Positions 1-10,532 are shown, counted from the stretch's first letter. The stretch is 64,000 nt of DNA from a bacterium (GCA_963674595.2 CAXXFV010000016.1:1-64000), one strand, 5' to 3'. Numbers and translations: made by a program. The notes: generated by a model from the sequence alone, not told the origin.

Positions 1-1508
1 ATTTTGGAATGCTTGAGGCAGAGACATTGGTGCCGGGTGATTTTGAGATCACTCATATTAATATTGATCCGAATTTGGTTGAGGACGGTCATTATGAATA
101 TGAAAATGCTCCTGATCCGGTTGTTGTCAAATGGAGTGAAAGTGAAAATGCTGCCGGTTATCTGGTTGATATCAGTATGATAGTTTACCAGGTACCCTTT
201 GAACTAAAGCATAATAAATATCTTTTCTCTTTACCTTTGGATTGGCCGGAAGGAACGTTTTTTGATATGCTTTATACTACTGAACCGGCTGATTTTGCCG
301 TTAAATATGACAATAGTTTTCAGCGAGGTTTTTTAACAAAAAAGAACAGTATGGCCATAAAACGAGAGTTGTTTCTTGAAATGATAGACTTTATAGATGA
401 TTATTATTATCGTCGTGAATGTATAAAGCGCATGTTGATTTCTGTTCATGCAGTAGATCAGAGTTTTTACAATTTTTTGTCATTTCAGTTTGCACAGCAT
501 GCTGAAGAACAGATGATAGGTCAGGAGAGTTTAGTTCCTGATATTAGTAATGTAAAAAACGGTGTGGGTGTTTTTGGATCCTATGTTTCCAAAACTAAAG
601 AATGCCGGCAAATTGAATATATTTTGCAAACGTATGAGGACTATGATGACAGGAATTTGCATTCACGGAACAAGAATGAAATCTATGAGAATATGTCTTT
701 GGATTTGTTTAAAGATGAGGACCCCAAAATTACATTATCTTGTGATGACAACTTGAGCCTTTTACCAGGCGAAAAAATTAAGTTAAGCTGGAGTTCAAGC
801 AATACGAAATATAAATGGTTTGTCCTTGCGCTTAAACCACGTTACTTGTGGTTTTCTCCTGGTACAATGTCATATTATGTAAATGGAAACAGTTACGAGC
901 TTTCCTGGGATGATTTTCCTGTTCGTGATTGCCAGGTGGAATGGTACGTAAAAGCGCTTTTACCAACATTTAATTCGTCTGCACTTGAATTATCAATGGC
1001 ACAGTCGCCGTATAAAGCATTGCAAGTTGCAGATAATTTGGATTTTACAGAATGGTCCGAGTCTGCATATTTTTCAGTTTCTTCCGGTTCAATAAATAAT
1101 TTTGGAAACGAATCAATACACTTTATCACCCCCCAACCGGAACAGACTGTGAGTACAAATTGTATGCTTGAATTCAATACTGTAGAAAATGCGGATGGAT
1201 ATCTGGTTTTGGTTAAAGATTCTCGTGGTACCATGTCGGTTTTGTTTAGTGAAACAAATCAAATTCAACCAGGAAATATAGAACCATTTGAATATATTGA
1301 AGGACTGGACTGGTGCCCTGGTTTTAAATCCGGTCGAACATATTCATGCAGTGTATGTGCCTTGCGTGTAAAGTCCGGCGCTCTTGGTTTTACAATTTCT
1401 GTTGATAATCAAAACGGGGAGTTGGAATTATTACCGCGATACCAGCATCCATCCGGGATTATACAGCAGTCACAATGGTCTGATGAAATTAGATTTTTTG
1501 TTCAATAA
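1..1508 (+). CDS. DUF4249-like lipoprotein, copy A (5'-truncated by the window edge)
   Basis: Highly similar to the C-terminal ~500 aa of 2421..4334; contains the SNVKNGVGVFGS motif typical of DUF4249 proteins; reading frame is open to the window start. Confidence 0.7.
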   Translation, partial: FGMLEAETLVPGDFEITHINIDPNLVEDGHYEYENAPDPVVVKWSESENAAGYLVDISMIVYQVPFELKHNKYLFSLPLDWPEGTFFDMLYTTEPADFAVKYDNSFQRGFLTKKNSMAIKRELFLEMIDFIDDYYYRRECIKRMLISVHAVDQSFYNFLSFQFAQHAEEQMIGQESLVPDISNVKNGVGVFGSYVSKTKECRQIEYILQTYEDYDDRNLHSRNKNEIYENMSLDLFKDEDPKITLSCDDNLSLLPGEKIKLSWSSSNTKYKWFVLALKPRYLWFSPGTMSYYVNGNSYELSWDDFPVRDCQVEWYVKALLPTFNSSALELSMAQSPYKALQVADNLDFTEWSESAYFSVSSGSINNFGNESIHFITPQPEQTVSTNCMLEFNTVENADGYLVLVKDSRGTMSVLFSETNQIQPGNIEPFEYIEGLDWCPGFKSGRTYSCSVCALRVKSGALGFTISVDNQNGELELLPRYQHPSGIIQQSQWSDEIRFFVQ

Positions 1509-1523
1509 ATACCAGGAGTTATT

Positions 1524-2381
1524 ATGAATTTGAAATACAGCTTTCTTTTGCTTGTTTTTTTTGCAGTTTCAAGTGTAAACTGTGAAAAAGATGTCATTCA
1601 ATCAGAACATCGACCACCGGCACCGGTTTTTGAAAAATTTGATTTATCTGCCCCGCATTGGATGTTTGCATCATCCGACTCAATGGCTCGTGTGATACGC
1701 CAATGTATTAGCGATATAAATAGTTTTAACGAATTTTTTAAATACCTTGATATTACAAGTGTTGATTTTAAAGATGCCAGCACTACGGAATCCCAAGTTC
1801 AACAACCGTGGAAATGGAAGTTTAGATATACTCCTGATCCAAGTATCTCTGTTGATATATCTGAGAAACGAAATTTTTATTATTTTACCATGACAGCGCC
1901 CATCAATCAAGTCCTAAGTTCACCGGGTGGTTTCTATATTCAAGCAAGTTACCCTTATTTTCTTGAAGCAGATAAAAATAAAACAAAACCAGAGTATAGT
2001 GCTGCCGTATATCATAGACAAAATCTTCGACGTATTTGGGAGTGGAATAACGAAGGAGGTTATTTAAGCAGCTTAAACTATTTTCGCAAGTCAGAACCAA
2101 TAGAGGATGTTTATTCTTATATTAGATATCAATCTTTGGATTTTCACGATACAGATATAAGCAATTATTTTATGACGTTTTTAAATAACACGCCGTTTTA
2201 TTTTTCATACATGGATTATAAGGCAGATGCTTCAGGAAATTGTAAATTTAATATGTCTAACCTTGAAGGAAACAAGTTTAAAACTAAAATTTCATGTGAC
2301 TGGAATAAACAGGGGGAAGGTAGTTGGTCTGTTTATGATAATGATCAGGTTGTCCTTTCCGGTAAATGGAATGGGCAATAA
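1524..2381 (+). CDS. Hypothetical lipoprotein, copy A
   Basis: SD AGGAG upstream; signal peptide ending SVNC; paralog of 4350..5210. Confidence 0.75.
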   Translation: MNLKYSFLLLVFFAVSSVNCEKDVIQSEHRPPAPVFEKFDLSAPHWMFASSDSMARVIRQCISDINSFNEFFKYLDITSVDFKDASTTESQVQQPWKWKFRYTPDPSISVDISEKRNFYYFTMTAPINQVLSSPGGFYIQASYPYFLEADKNKTKPEYSAAVYHRQNLRRIWEWNNEGGYLSSLNYFRKSEPIEDVYSYIRYQSLDFHDTDISNYFMTFLNNTPFYFSYMDYKADASGNCKFNMSNLEGNKFKTKISCDWNKQGEGSWSVYDNDQVVLSGKWNGQ

Positions 2382-2420
2382 TTATTTTATATTAATATTT
2401 ACCATTTAAATGGAGGAATA

Positions 2421-4334
2421 ATGAGTAAACAATGGCCCATATTTACTGTTATTTTATGGGGGGCCATGTTGCTGATTTCATGTAGTGAAACGCCTTCTGG
2501 ACCGGATATTCCTGAGGTGAAAAAACTGGGAGTTTACTGTGCTCTTAATCCGAAAATGCCGGCCCAAACTATTTATGTGGGGCATACTTTAACCTATCAA
2601 CAGATAATCAACAAGGAAACCGTTGATACGGAAGTTGATGATGCGGAAATTTCCATATCTGGACCGGACGGTTTATTTCAGATAAATAATATACCGGTAA
2701 ATACGACTGATACAGATCAAACAGAGTTAAGTACAGGCGGCTATTTGTCCGGCTCATCCGGTTTTAACTATATAGGAACGGAACAGAATGTTTCAAGTGG
2801 TGAAAGGTATTCTATAACTGTTGAGGCGGATGATTTTGGAATTCTTGAGGCAGAGACGTTAGTGCCTGGTGATTTTGAGATAACCCATATTAACATAGAT
2901 CCGAATTTGGTTGAAGACAGTCATTATGAATATGAAAATGCTCCTGATCCGGTTGTTGTCAAATGGAGTGAAAGTGAAAATGCTGCCGGTTATCTGGTTG
3001 ATATTAGTATGATTGTTTACAAGGTTCCATTTGAATTGCAGCATAATAAATATCTTTTAAGTTTACCCTTGCTTTGGCCGGAAGATACATTTTTTGATAT
3101 GGTCTATTCCGCCGAACCGGTTGATTTTGCCATTAAATATGACAACAGTTTTCAACGAGGTTTTTTAACAAAAAAGAACAGCATGGCAATTAAACGTGAT
3201 CTTTTTCTTGAAATGATCAAGTTTATAGACGATTATTATTATCGCCGTGCAAACATAAAAAGAATGCTGATTTCTGTTCATGCCGTTGATCAGGCTTTTT
3301 ATAATTTTTTGTCATTTCAGTTTGCCCAGCATGCTGAAGAACAGATGATAGGCCAGGAGAGTTTAATTCCTGATATTAGCAACGTAAAAAATGGTGTGGG
3401 TGTTTTTGGTTCTTATGTCTCCAGAGTTAAAGAATGCCGGCAAATAGAATATATTTTACAGACATATCAGGAATATGATAGTTATCGTGCAACCAATAAA
3501 AATGAGATATATGAAAATTTAGCATTGGATTTGTTTAAGGATGAAGATCCTAAAATTGAATTGTCTGATGATAACAATTCGGAACTTTTGTCGGAAGATA
3601 AAATAAAACTATCCTGGAATTCGAGCAATACGAAATATAAATGGTTTGTCCTTGTGCTTAAACCACGTTACTTGTGGTTTTCACCTGGTACAATGTCATA
3701 TTATGTAAATGGAAACAGTTGCGAGTTTTCATGGGAAGATTTTCCTGTTCGAGATTGTCAAGTAGAGTGGTATGTAAAAGCTCTTTTGCCTAACTATAAT
3801 ATTGATGCAACAGATTTGTCTATGGCTCTTTCTCCTCATAAAGCTTTACAGGTTGCAGATAACCTGGATTTTACAGAATGGTCTGAATCAGGATATTTTT
3901 CTGTTTCATCTGGTATGTTGGATGATTTTGAAAACAGGTCTCTTCAGTTTGTATCGCCACAATCTGAGCAGGTTGTTGAAACAGACTGCACACTTGAATG
4001 GAGCCCCGTGGAAAATGCTGATGGTTATTTGATTGCTGTTCGAAATGCTGATGGTGCACTATCTGTATTATTTAGTGAAAATAATCAGATACAGCCTTGC
4101 ACTGCCGAACAGGTAAGTTTTGTTGAAGGACTGGACTGGTGTTCCGGTTTTCAATCCGGTCAGGTTTATTCCTGCCGGGTTTGTGCCCTTCGAGTTAAAA
4201 CAGGAACTCTTGGCTTTACAATACAGGCTGATGATCAAAGCGGAGAATTGAAATTATCTCCCAGATACCAGCATCCATCAGGGATTGTGCAAAAATCACA
4301 GTGGTCTGATGAAATTCGAATTTCAGTTCAATAA
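2421..4334 (+). CDS. DUF4249-like lipoprotein with C-terminal beta-sandwich extensions, copy B
   Basis: SD GGAGG; lipobox LISC; SNVKNGVGVFGS motif; 637 aa. Confidence 0.75.
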   Translation: MSKQWPIFTVILWGAMLLISCSETPSGPDIPEVKKLGVYCALNPKMPAQTIYVGHTLTYQQIINKETVDTEVDDAEISISGPDGLFQINNIPVNTTDTDQTELSTGGYLSGSSGFNYIGTEQNVSSGERYSITVEADDFGILEAETLVPGDFEITHINIDPNLVEDSHYEYENAPDPVVVKWSESENAAGYLVDISMIVYKVPFELQHNKYLLSLPLLWPEDTFFDMVYSAEPVDFAIKYDNSFQRGFLTKKNSMAIKRDLFLEMIKFIDDYYYRRANIKRMLISVHAVDQAFYNFLSFQFAQHAEEQMIGQESLIPDISNVKNGVGVFGSYVSRVKECRQIEYILQTYQEYDSYRATNKNEIYENLALDLFKDEDPKIELSDDNNSELLSEDKIKLSWNSSNTKYKWFVLVLKPRYLWFSPGTMSYYVNGNSCEFSWEDFPVRDCQVEWYVKALLPNYNIDATDLSMALSPHKALQVADNLDFTEWSESGYFSVSSGMLDDFENRSLQFVSPQSEQVVETDCTLEWSPVENADGYLIAVRNADGALSVLFSENNQIQPCTAEQVSFVEGLDWCSGFQSGQVYSCRVCALRVKTGTLGFTIQADDQSGELKLSPRYQHPSGIVQKSQWSDEIRISVQ

Positions 4335-4349
4335 ACGCCGGGAGTTAAG

Positions 4350-5210
4350 ATGAAATTAAAGATTTGTTTTATAAATTTTGTTCTTTTCGCAGCTTTAATT
4401 ATCAACTGCGAAAAAGATACGGTTCAAACGGAAAAACGACCGCTTGTGCCAGTTTTTGAAAAATTTGATTTATCTATCCCGGATTGGATGACACAATCGA
4501 CTGATTCCATGGCCCAGGTTGTTTGCACCTGTTTTAATGAGATTAATGAATTTTCTGACTTTTATCCATATCTTGATGTTTTACGTCCCGATTTTGAAGA
4601 TGCAACCGGTCCGGAATATAAAGTTAAACAACCATGGATATGGAAATTAAAAGATATTAATGTAACCGGACTATCATTGGAAATTCAAGATAGGCCTACT
4701 CATTATTATTATAAAATGACAGCGCCCATAAATAGTGTTACAAGTTCTTTCGGAGGTTATTATTTAACGACGTATTATCCTAGTTTTATAGAAGCTGACA
4801 ACATGAAATCCAATTCGGAGTTTAGCGCTGCTGTTTATTTCCGCTATAATCTACGAAGGGTTTGGGAGTGGCAAAATGCTAATGGATACTTGAGCAGTCT
4901 GGAGTATTTTCGACAGCCGGAGGAATTGTATGATTATTTTGAACGTATTAATAGTATTCCTCGATATGCAGTTTATAATTTTGATGATACAGAAATCAGT
5001 AACTATTTTAAAGATTTGTTAACAAAAACCGAATTTCATTTTGCAAATATGATCTATACCACAGATGGTTCCGGTAATTACAAGTTTAATTTATATAGTC
5101 TTGAAGTAAATAGATTTCAATTAAAAGTTGGTTGTAATTGGAATGAACAGGGTGAGGGAAGTTGGAAAATTTATGACGGAGAACAAATTATCAAAGAGGG
5201 TGTGTGGTAA
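4350..5210 (+). CDS. Hypothetical lipoprotein, copy B
   Basis: SD GGGAG; signal peptide ending IINC; paralog of 1524..2381. Confidence 0.75.
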   Translation: MKLKICFINFVLFAALIINCEKDTVQTEKRPLVPVFEKFDLSIPDWMTQSTDSMAQVVCTCFNEINEFSDFYPYLDVLRPDFEDATGPEYKVKQPWIWKLKDINVTGLSLEIQDRPTHYYYKMTAPINSVTSSFGGYYLTTYYPSFIEADNMKSNSEFSAAVYFRYNLRRVWEWQNANGYLSSLEYFRQPEELYDYFERINSIPRYAVYNFDDTEISNYFKDLLTKTEFHFANMIYTTDGSGNYKFNLYSLEVNRFQLKVGCNWNEQGEGSWKIYDGEQIIKEGVW

Positions 5211-5238
5211 TATATGTTTTTGCGGTACCTCTTAAAAG

Positions 5239-5269
5239 AAAAAAAGGAGCATATTATGCTCCTTTTTTT
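5239..5269. terminator. Bidirectional intrinsic terminator
   Basis: AAAAAAAGGAGCAT-ATT-ATGCTCCTTTTTTT between convergent genes. Confidence 0.85.
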
Positions 5270-5275
5270 ATGTCA

Positions 5276-6073
5276 TTATATTTTTAAATCTTTAAACTTT
5301 TCTGTTATTTTGGCAATGGCCTCAAATTTTGTTATCACTTTATCCAATGATTCACCCATGCGATACGTATCTTTATCCAAACGTGCTGAAGGGTCTAATT
5401 CTGATAAAACGTTTTCCTGTTCAAAATTTGGATTTTCTTTGGCGTATGGCCAAAGTCTGAATGAGCCGCCGCTGATTTCGTCAATCAGGTAAACATCACC
5501 ATCAATAATTCCGTATTCTAATTTCATATCAATTAACTGAATATTAAACTCTGCAAAGGCGCGCTCAAGGTGTAGAAATACCTCAATGTTAATGTCTTGC
5601 ATTTGTTTGTATTCTGAGCAATTTTTCTTTTGGGTTATATATTCAATATAAGTAGCATCCAAAAGAGGATCGTGAAGCGGATCATCTTTATAGTGAAACT
5701 GTGTAATTGGTGTGCTGTAACGTGTTCCTTCTTTTGTGTCAGACCAGTGTAGAATTGAACCCGTTGCGACCCGGCGTGAAACAACCTCAAGGTTTATTTT
5801 GCGGTCCAGTTTTTTGACAAGCGAAACTTTATCCATAGGGCTGTTGATGTAATGTGTGCGTACACCACAGCGGTTCAGGTATTCGAAAATATCTTTGTTT
5901 GTCTGCCAGTCTACCTGTGCCTTGCCTTTGATTATATCATGTTTTAATCCGTCACCAGCGGTAATATCATCCTTAAAAACCATATAAACAGTTTTAGCGT
6001 CATCAGGATTTTTATATATTACTTTAGTCTTTCCCTCAGCTATTTTATCAAGTTTATTCAAGTCAAACGACAT
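5276..6073 (-). CDS. purC: SAICAR synthetase
   Basis: EGKTK, FKDDITAGDG, LEVVSRRVATGS, LIDMKLEYG and DEISGGSFRLW motifs; start placed at ATG 6073 after GGAGG. Confidence 0.92.
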   Translation of the reverse strand: MSFDLNKLDKIAEGKTKVIYKNPDDAKTVYMVFKDDITAGDGLKHDIIKGKAQVDWQTNKDIFEYLNRCGVRTHYINSPMDKVSLVKKLDRKINLEVVSRRVATGSILHWSDTKEGTRYSTPITQFHYKDDPLHDPLLDATYIEYITQKKNCSEYKQMQDINIEVFLHLERAFAEFNIQLIDMKLEYGIIDGDVYLIDEISGGSFRLWPYAKENPNFEQENVLSELDPSARLDKDTYRMGESLDKVITKFEAIAKITEKFKDLKI

Positions 6074-6126
6074 TAAAAGTTCCTCCATAATTCAGTTCTG
6101 GTTTAATCTTTACTAAAGATAAAAGA

Positions 6127-6840
6127 TTAAAACGAAAAAACAACGCCAATATATGCATTCACTACATCTGTCTTTGATTTTTCGACCTGATAGGAAACTT
6201 TTCCGTCTTCTCGTCTTATAGATCCCTCTTTAAGATACTCAGCTTCTCCACCGACTAAATAGGTGAGTCCCAAATCGAGTGACAGTGTAAAGTCTTTATC
6301 GTTGTCGGTTGTGCCGGAATAAACCTGAATCATCAGGCCGGCCCCACCACCATAGCTAAATGCTCCATCATCTTGATTTGTTGAGCTTGCTACATTGTCG
6401 TCAAGGTCCCAGTCATGTTTATCTTCAATTTTGGTTTCTGTTGAAAGATAGTTGAAACCAATCAATCCGTCAAGGTATGGACGAAAAGTGCTATGCCCGG
6501 GTTGGACCCTAAACAACAGGTGTCCCATTAAAATACTGTTGGTTGTTGTTACATCAACCTTAACATCCGGAATCGTTGTGCTGAAAGGTTCTTCCCGTGT
6601 TTCACTACCATATATCGAAAATCCTATTTTAGCGCCTATGGCAAAAGGAGATTCGGGAAAGTGATATGCAAACATACCGGAACCACCAAGGCCGATATTG
6701 TCAACATTGTCGGCAAAGGTGTTTTGTGGAAAAGTCATCATAAAGTTCAGTCCTGCCTGAAACGGTGTTTGTGCCTGAACAAAAGATGAACTAAAAAGTA
6801 TAAATATTACAAAAAAAGATATTATTTTGATAAATTTCAT
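6127..6840 (-). CDS. Outer-membrane beta-barrel protein
   Basis: Signal peptide; amphipathic strands (RPYLDGLIGFNY, FSYGGGAG); C-terminal Phe. Confidence 0.7.
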   Translation of the reverse strand: MKFIKIISFFVIFILFSSSFVQAQTPFQAGLNFMMTFPQNTFADNVDNIGLGGSGMFAYHFPESPFAIGAKIGFSIYGSETREEPFSTTIPDVKVDVTTTNSILMGHLLFRVQPGHSTFRPYLDGLIGFNYLSTETKIEDKHDWDLDDNVASSTNQDDGAFSYGGGAGLMIQVYSGTTDNDKDFTLSLDLGLTYLVGGEAEYLKEGSIRREDGKVSYQVEKSKTDVVNAYIGVVFSF

Positions 6841-7092
6841 TCATCTATCCTTTCTGTTGTTAATTTATAATGAAATAATTTGTTTGCCTTGATAAAGATA
6901 CAAGTGGAAAATACACAAGAATTTGAAATTTGTCAACATACAATCAAAATTTTGCAAAAAATATGTTTAGTTTGGATTTTTGGATTATTAGTACCAAATT
7001 TTATATAAAACATAAATACATGAAAATGTTTATGAAATATTATGTCCTATTTACGAGTTTAATTGAAATAAAATATTGATAGAGGTCAAATT

Positions 7093-7473
7093 ATGAAGTT
7101 TATTTTAATTATCGGCTCCGTTATTGTAACAGTTGCTTTGGTTTTTTATTCCGTAGCTATTTTTACGGAACAAAGGAGGAAAAAAATTTCAATTAAAGTT
7201 TTGATTTTTCTTACACTTGGTGTATTGCTGGATATTACGGCAACAACCTGTATGATTATAGGGTCAGAAAATTCTCCTTTTACCTTGCATGGAATAATCG
7301 GCTATTCTTCGTTAACAGGTATGTTGTTTGACGCCTTTTTATTATGGCGATTTCGATTAATACGTGGAGCAGAACAAACAGTTTCAAAGTTTATTCATTT
7401 TTATTCCCGGTTTGCCTATGGCTGGTGGGTATTGGCCTATTTGACAGGATCATTGTTAGTTTCTATGAAATAG
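7093..7473 (+). CDS. Four-helix membrane protein, HsmA/TIGR03987-like
   Basis: Four hydrophobic segments; G-x-x-x-D-x-x-A-T-x-x-M and LHGIIG motifs. Confidence 0.55.
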   Translation: MKFILIIGSVIVTVALVFYSVAIFTEQRRKKISIKVLIFLTLGVLLDITATTCMIIGSENSPFTLHGIIGYSSLTGMLFDAFLLWRFRLIRGAEQTVSKFIHFYSRFAYGWWVLAYLTGSLLVSMK

Positions 7474-7591
7474 CAGGTGTTTTTATATAAATATTTTTAA
7501 ATGTTAATATTGTTTTGATTTTTAAAATCCTTTTCAATAAATTGGGGCGTGTCAAAATTATTCATAATCATTTGAAAAAAAGGCTGTGATA

Positions 7592-8824
7592 ATGAAAATT
7601 GATTTTGATGATAAAGAGCTGGATCGCATGGGGATGTGTGAAAGTTGCCAAGTCTGCACAGGCAGAGATCAAAAGGGAGATTTGCTTGTACTCGCCGAAC
7701 CGTTAGACAATAATAATATTGAAATATCCATTAAAAGTTCTGTGAGTTCCATGTTTGGGAAATTAATCCGGAAAACTATTGAACAAGCGTTGGAAACTCT
7801 GGGGGTGAAAAACATTCGTGTTGAAATAAAGGATAACGGCGCTTTGGACCATGTCATTCTGGCAAGGCTGGAAGCAGCGGTCCGAAGATTATATCCCATT
7901 GTTGGCCCCGGTATTATACCGGAACAAACGTTTAATTTAAAAAGAAACAAGTTTGATCGTTTGCGCCGTACCAGACTTTATCTGCCCGGAAATAACCCGG
8001 ATTTAATGTTAAATGCCGGATTATTTGGAGCTGATTGTGTAATTTTAGACCTTGAAGATTCTGTTTCACCTGCTGATAAAGATAATGCCAGAATTTTGGT
8101 GCGCAATTCTTTAACTGTTGTCGATTTTGGTTCCTCAGAGCGAATTGTAAGAATTAATCCGATCTCCAGTCAGTATTTCAAAGCAGATATGGAAATGATC
8201 GTCCCGCAAAATCCGGATGTATTGCTTGTGCCGAAATGTGAATCTGCAAAAGATATTAAACGAATCGCTGATTATGTCCGGCAAATTCAAAAAGAAAATT
8301 TGTTAGAACGCCCGGTTTTTCTTATGCCGCTTATTGAAACGTCAAAGGGTGTTTTAAATGCCTATGAGATCGCCCAGGCGAGTCCGAATATTGTTGCCTT
8401 GTGTTTTGGAGCAGAGGATTTTACGGCAGATATTGGTGCAGAAAGGTCTGAAACCGGAAATGAGAGCTTTGTGGCTCGAAGCATGATTGTTTTGGCGGCC
8501 AAGTCTGCCGGACTTCAGGCATTGGATACGGTGTATTCTGATATTGCTAATATTGAAGGATTGCGTACGAGCGCGGAAGAGGCTAAAAGTTTAGGTTTTG
8601 ATGGAAAAGGCGTTATTCATCCATCGCAAATTGAGCCGATACATAATGTTTTTATCCCGACAACTGAACAGATTGAATACGCCGAAAAAGTATTAAACGC
8701 TATTGAAGAGGCGGAAAAATCTGGTTCAGGCGTGGCAAGCCTTGGTACAAAAATGATTGATGCTCCGGTTATTACGCGTGCAAAAAAAGTAATTGCTCTG
8801 GCAAAAGCATGTGGTAAAATATAA
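7592..8824 (+). CDS. citE: Fusion of a CitD-like ACP domain and citrate lyase beta subunit (CitE, HpcH/HpaI aldolase family)
   Basis: N-terminal SSVSSMFG...DNGALDHVILARLEAA (CitD-like); C-terminal RRTRLYLPG, DLEDSV, GAEDF, GKGVIHPSQI, MIDAPV. Confidence 0.85.
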   Translation: MKIDFDDKELDRMGMCESCQVCTGRDQKGDLLVLAEPLDNNNIEISIKSSVSSMFGKLIRKTIEQALETLGVKNIRVEIKDNGALDHVILARLEAAVRRLYPIVGPGIIPEQTFNLKRNKFDRLRRTRLYLPGNNPDLMLNAGLFGADCVILDLEDSVSPADKDNARILVRNSLTVVDFGSSERIVRINPISSQYFKADMEMIVPQNPDVLLVPKCESAKDIKRIADYVRQIQKENLLERPVFLMPLIETSKGVLNAYEIAQASPNIVALCFGAEDFTADIGAERSETGNESFVARSMIVLAAKSAGLQALDTVYSDIANIEGLRTSAEEAKSLGFDGKGVIHPSQIEPIHNVFIPTTEQIEYAEKVLNAIEEAEKSGSGVASLGTKMIDAPVITRAKKVIALAKACGKI

Positions 8825-8852
8825 ATATATCAATGCTATTAAGAGGTGTAAA

Positions 8853-10403
8853 ATGCAGATGGTTAAAAACGCCGTCGGAAGATTGGTCCCAACTGAATTA
8901 AATGGCAAGCTTTTACGGCCGTTTATGGGAGCCCATGCTGAAAAAGGAGGACAGAAAAAGTATGGTGGATTTACTTCCTCTGCAAGTGATTATACAAATA
9001 AAATATTAAAAGATATTAATCAGGCAATAGACGCTTGTAAGATTAAAGATGGAATGACTATTTCCTTTCATCATCATTTACGGAACGGCGATTTTTTAAT
9101 AAATGAGATATTGGATCTTTTGTATCTTCGTAACCTGAAAGATTTAATAATAGCACCTTCTGCATTGTTTCCGGTTCATGAAAACCTGGTCAAATATATC
9201 GAATCAGGTTTAATTTCACATATTGAGGGCTCAATGAACGGACCTGTTGGCCGTGCCTGCTCATTGGGTAAAATGAAAGGAACCGCTGTATTACGATCCC
9301 ATGGTGGACGTTATCGGGCTATTCAGGATGGTGATTTGCACATTGATGTTTCTTTTATTGCCGCTCCCTGTGCTGATCCCCATGGAAATGCAAATGGACT
9401 CTTTGGCAAATCTGCATGTGGCCCTTTGGGTTTTGCTTTGGCAGATTCTTTATGGGCTGACAAGGTCGTTGTTGTTACGGATAATTTGGTTCCTTTTCCC
9501 TGTTTCCCGTGGAGTATCGAAGGCGGACATGTTGATTATGTTGTGCAAGTTGATTCGATTGGCGACCCGACTCAAATTATCTCCGGTACCACACAAATCA
9601 CCAAAAGTCCGACACGTCTTTTAATTGCTAAAAACGCGGCACAGTTTGTTAAAGATTCCGGTCTTATGGAAGAGCCGTCATTTTCATTTCAGGCCGGCGC
9701 TGGTGGGGTATCTCTGGCATTTGTTAAATATATGAGTGATTTAATGCAGGAAAGTTCGGTTGTTGCTGATTTTGTCAGAGGCGGTTCCACACAATACATG
9801 GTTGATATGCTTGAAAACGGACTGACAAAATATATATTGGATGGCCAAAGTTTTGATCTTGCAGGCGTTCGTTCTCTTGCAGAAAATCCCCGGCATATAG
9901 AAACCAACCCTTTTGTTTCTTATAATTATCACAGCAAGGGATGTTTTGCTCAGATGGTTAAGGTTTCTGTTCTGGGTGCTACAGAAATTGATCTCGATTT
10001 TAATGTTAATGTAAATACACATTCTGACGGATGGTTATTACATGGTACGGGCGGATTTGCTGATGCGGCTGATGCCTATGTGACGATCATTACAGCACCT
10101 TTGGTTAGAAATCGTCTTCCAATTATTGTCGATCAGGTGACAACCGTAACAACACCTGGAGAAACAGTTGATGTTGTTGTTACTGAACGAGGCATAGCCA
10201 TTAACCCTACGCGCCTGGATTTGATTGACAGGCTAAAGAAAAGCTCTTTGGACATTAAACCAATTGATGAATTGCATGATATTGCATTAAAGATGACAGG
10301 TGTCCCGGAAAAGCCAGACTTTGAAGAGCGAATTGTTGCTCTTGTTGAATACAGGGACGGCACCATTATAGACACAGTGCGTCAGTTGATACCCCGTGAA
10401 TAA
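8853..10403 (+). CDS. citF: Citrate lyase alpha subunit (citrate CoA/ACP-transferase)
   Basis: KNAVGR N-terminus, TISFHHHLRNGD, RSHGGR, TTPGETVDVVVTERGIAINP, VEYRDGTIID; SD GAGGT before ATG 8853. Confidence 0.93.
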   Translation: MQMVKNAVGRLVPTELNGKLLRPFMGAHAEKGGQKKYGGFTSSASDYTNKILKDINQAIDACKIKDGMTISFHHHLRNGDFLINEILDLLYLRNLKDLIIAPSALFPVHENLVKYIESGLISHIEGSMNGPVGRACSLGKMKGTAVLRSHGGRYRAIQDGDLHIDVSFIAAPCADPHGNANGLFGKSACGPLGFALADSLWADKVVVVTDNLVPFPCFPWSIEGGHVDYVVQVDSIGDPTQIISGTTQITKSPTRLLIAKNAAQFVKDSGLMEEPSFSFQAGAGGVSLAFVKYMSDLMQESSVVADFVRGGSTQYMVDMLENGLTKYILDGQSFDLAGVRSLAENPRHIETNPFVSYNYHSKGCFAQMVKVSVLGATEIDLDFNVNVNTHSDGWLLHGTGGFADAADAYVTIITAPLVRNRLPIIVDQVTTVTTPGETVDVVVTERGIAINPTRLDLIDRLKKSSLDIKPIDELHDIALKMTGVPEKPDFEERIVALVEYRDGTIIDTVRQLIPRE

Positions 10404-10455
10404 GCATTTCCCGGGATTGTCCTATCTTTCCTTAACGTAAATAAATAATTTTTAA

Positions 10456-10484
10456 TTGACTTTTAGCCGTAAAAACGGTATATT
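10456..10484 (+). promoter_or_regulatory. Sigma-70 promoter of secD
   Basis: TTGACT-17 nt-TATATT upstream of AGGAGG. Confidence 0.65.
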
Positions 10485-10532
10485 TGTCGGCTATATTGTG
10501 TAAAAACTATAATCCCAGGAGGATTGCTGTAT

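Larger units (their letters stand above)
1..5210 (+). repeat. Tandem duplication of a two-gene lipoprotein unit (period ~2.83 kb)
   Basis: Position 1 ATTTTGGAATGCTTGAGGCAGAGAC matches 2833 ATTTTGGAATTCTTGAGGCAGAGAC; long near-identical stretches follow; both proteins are paralogous. Confidence 0.9.

Noticed and set aside
5214-5492. 92-aa plus-strand ORF
   Set aside because: Runs through a terminator and antisense to purC; treated as a shadow ORF, like most short overlapping ORFs in the track
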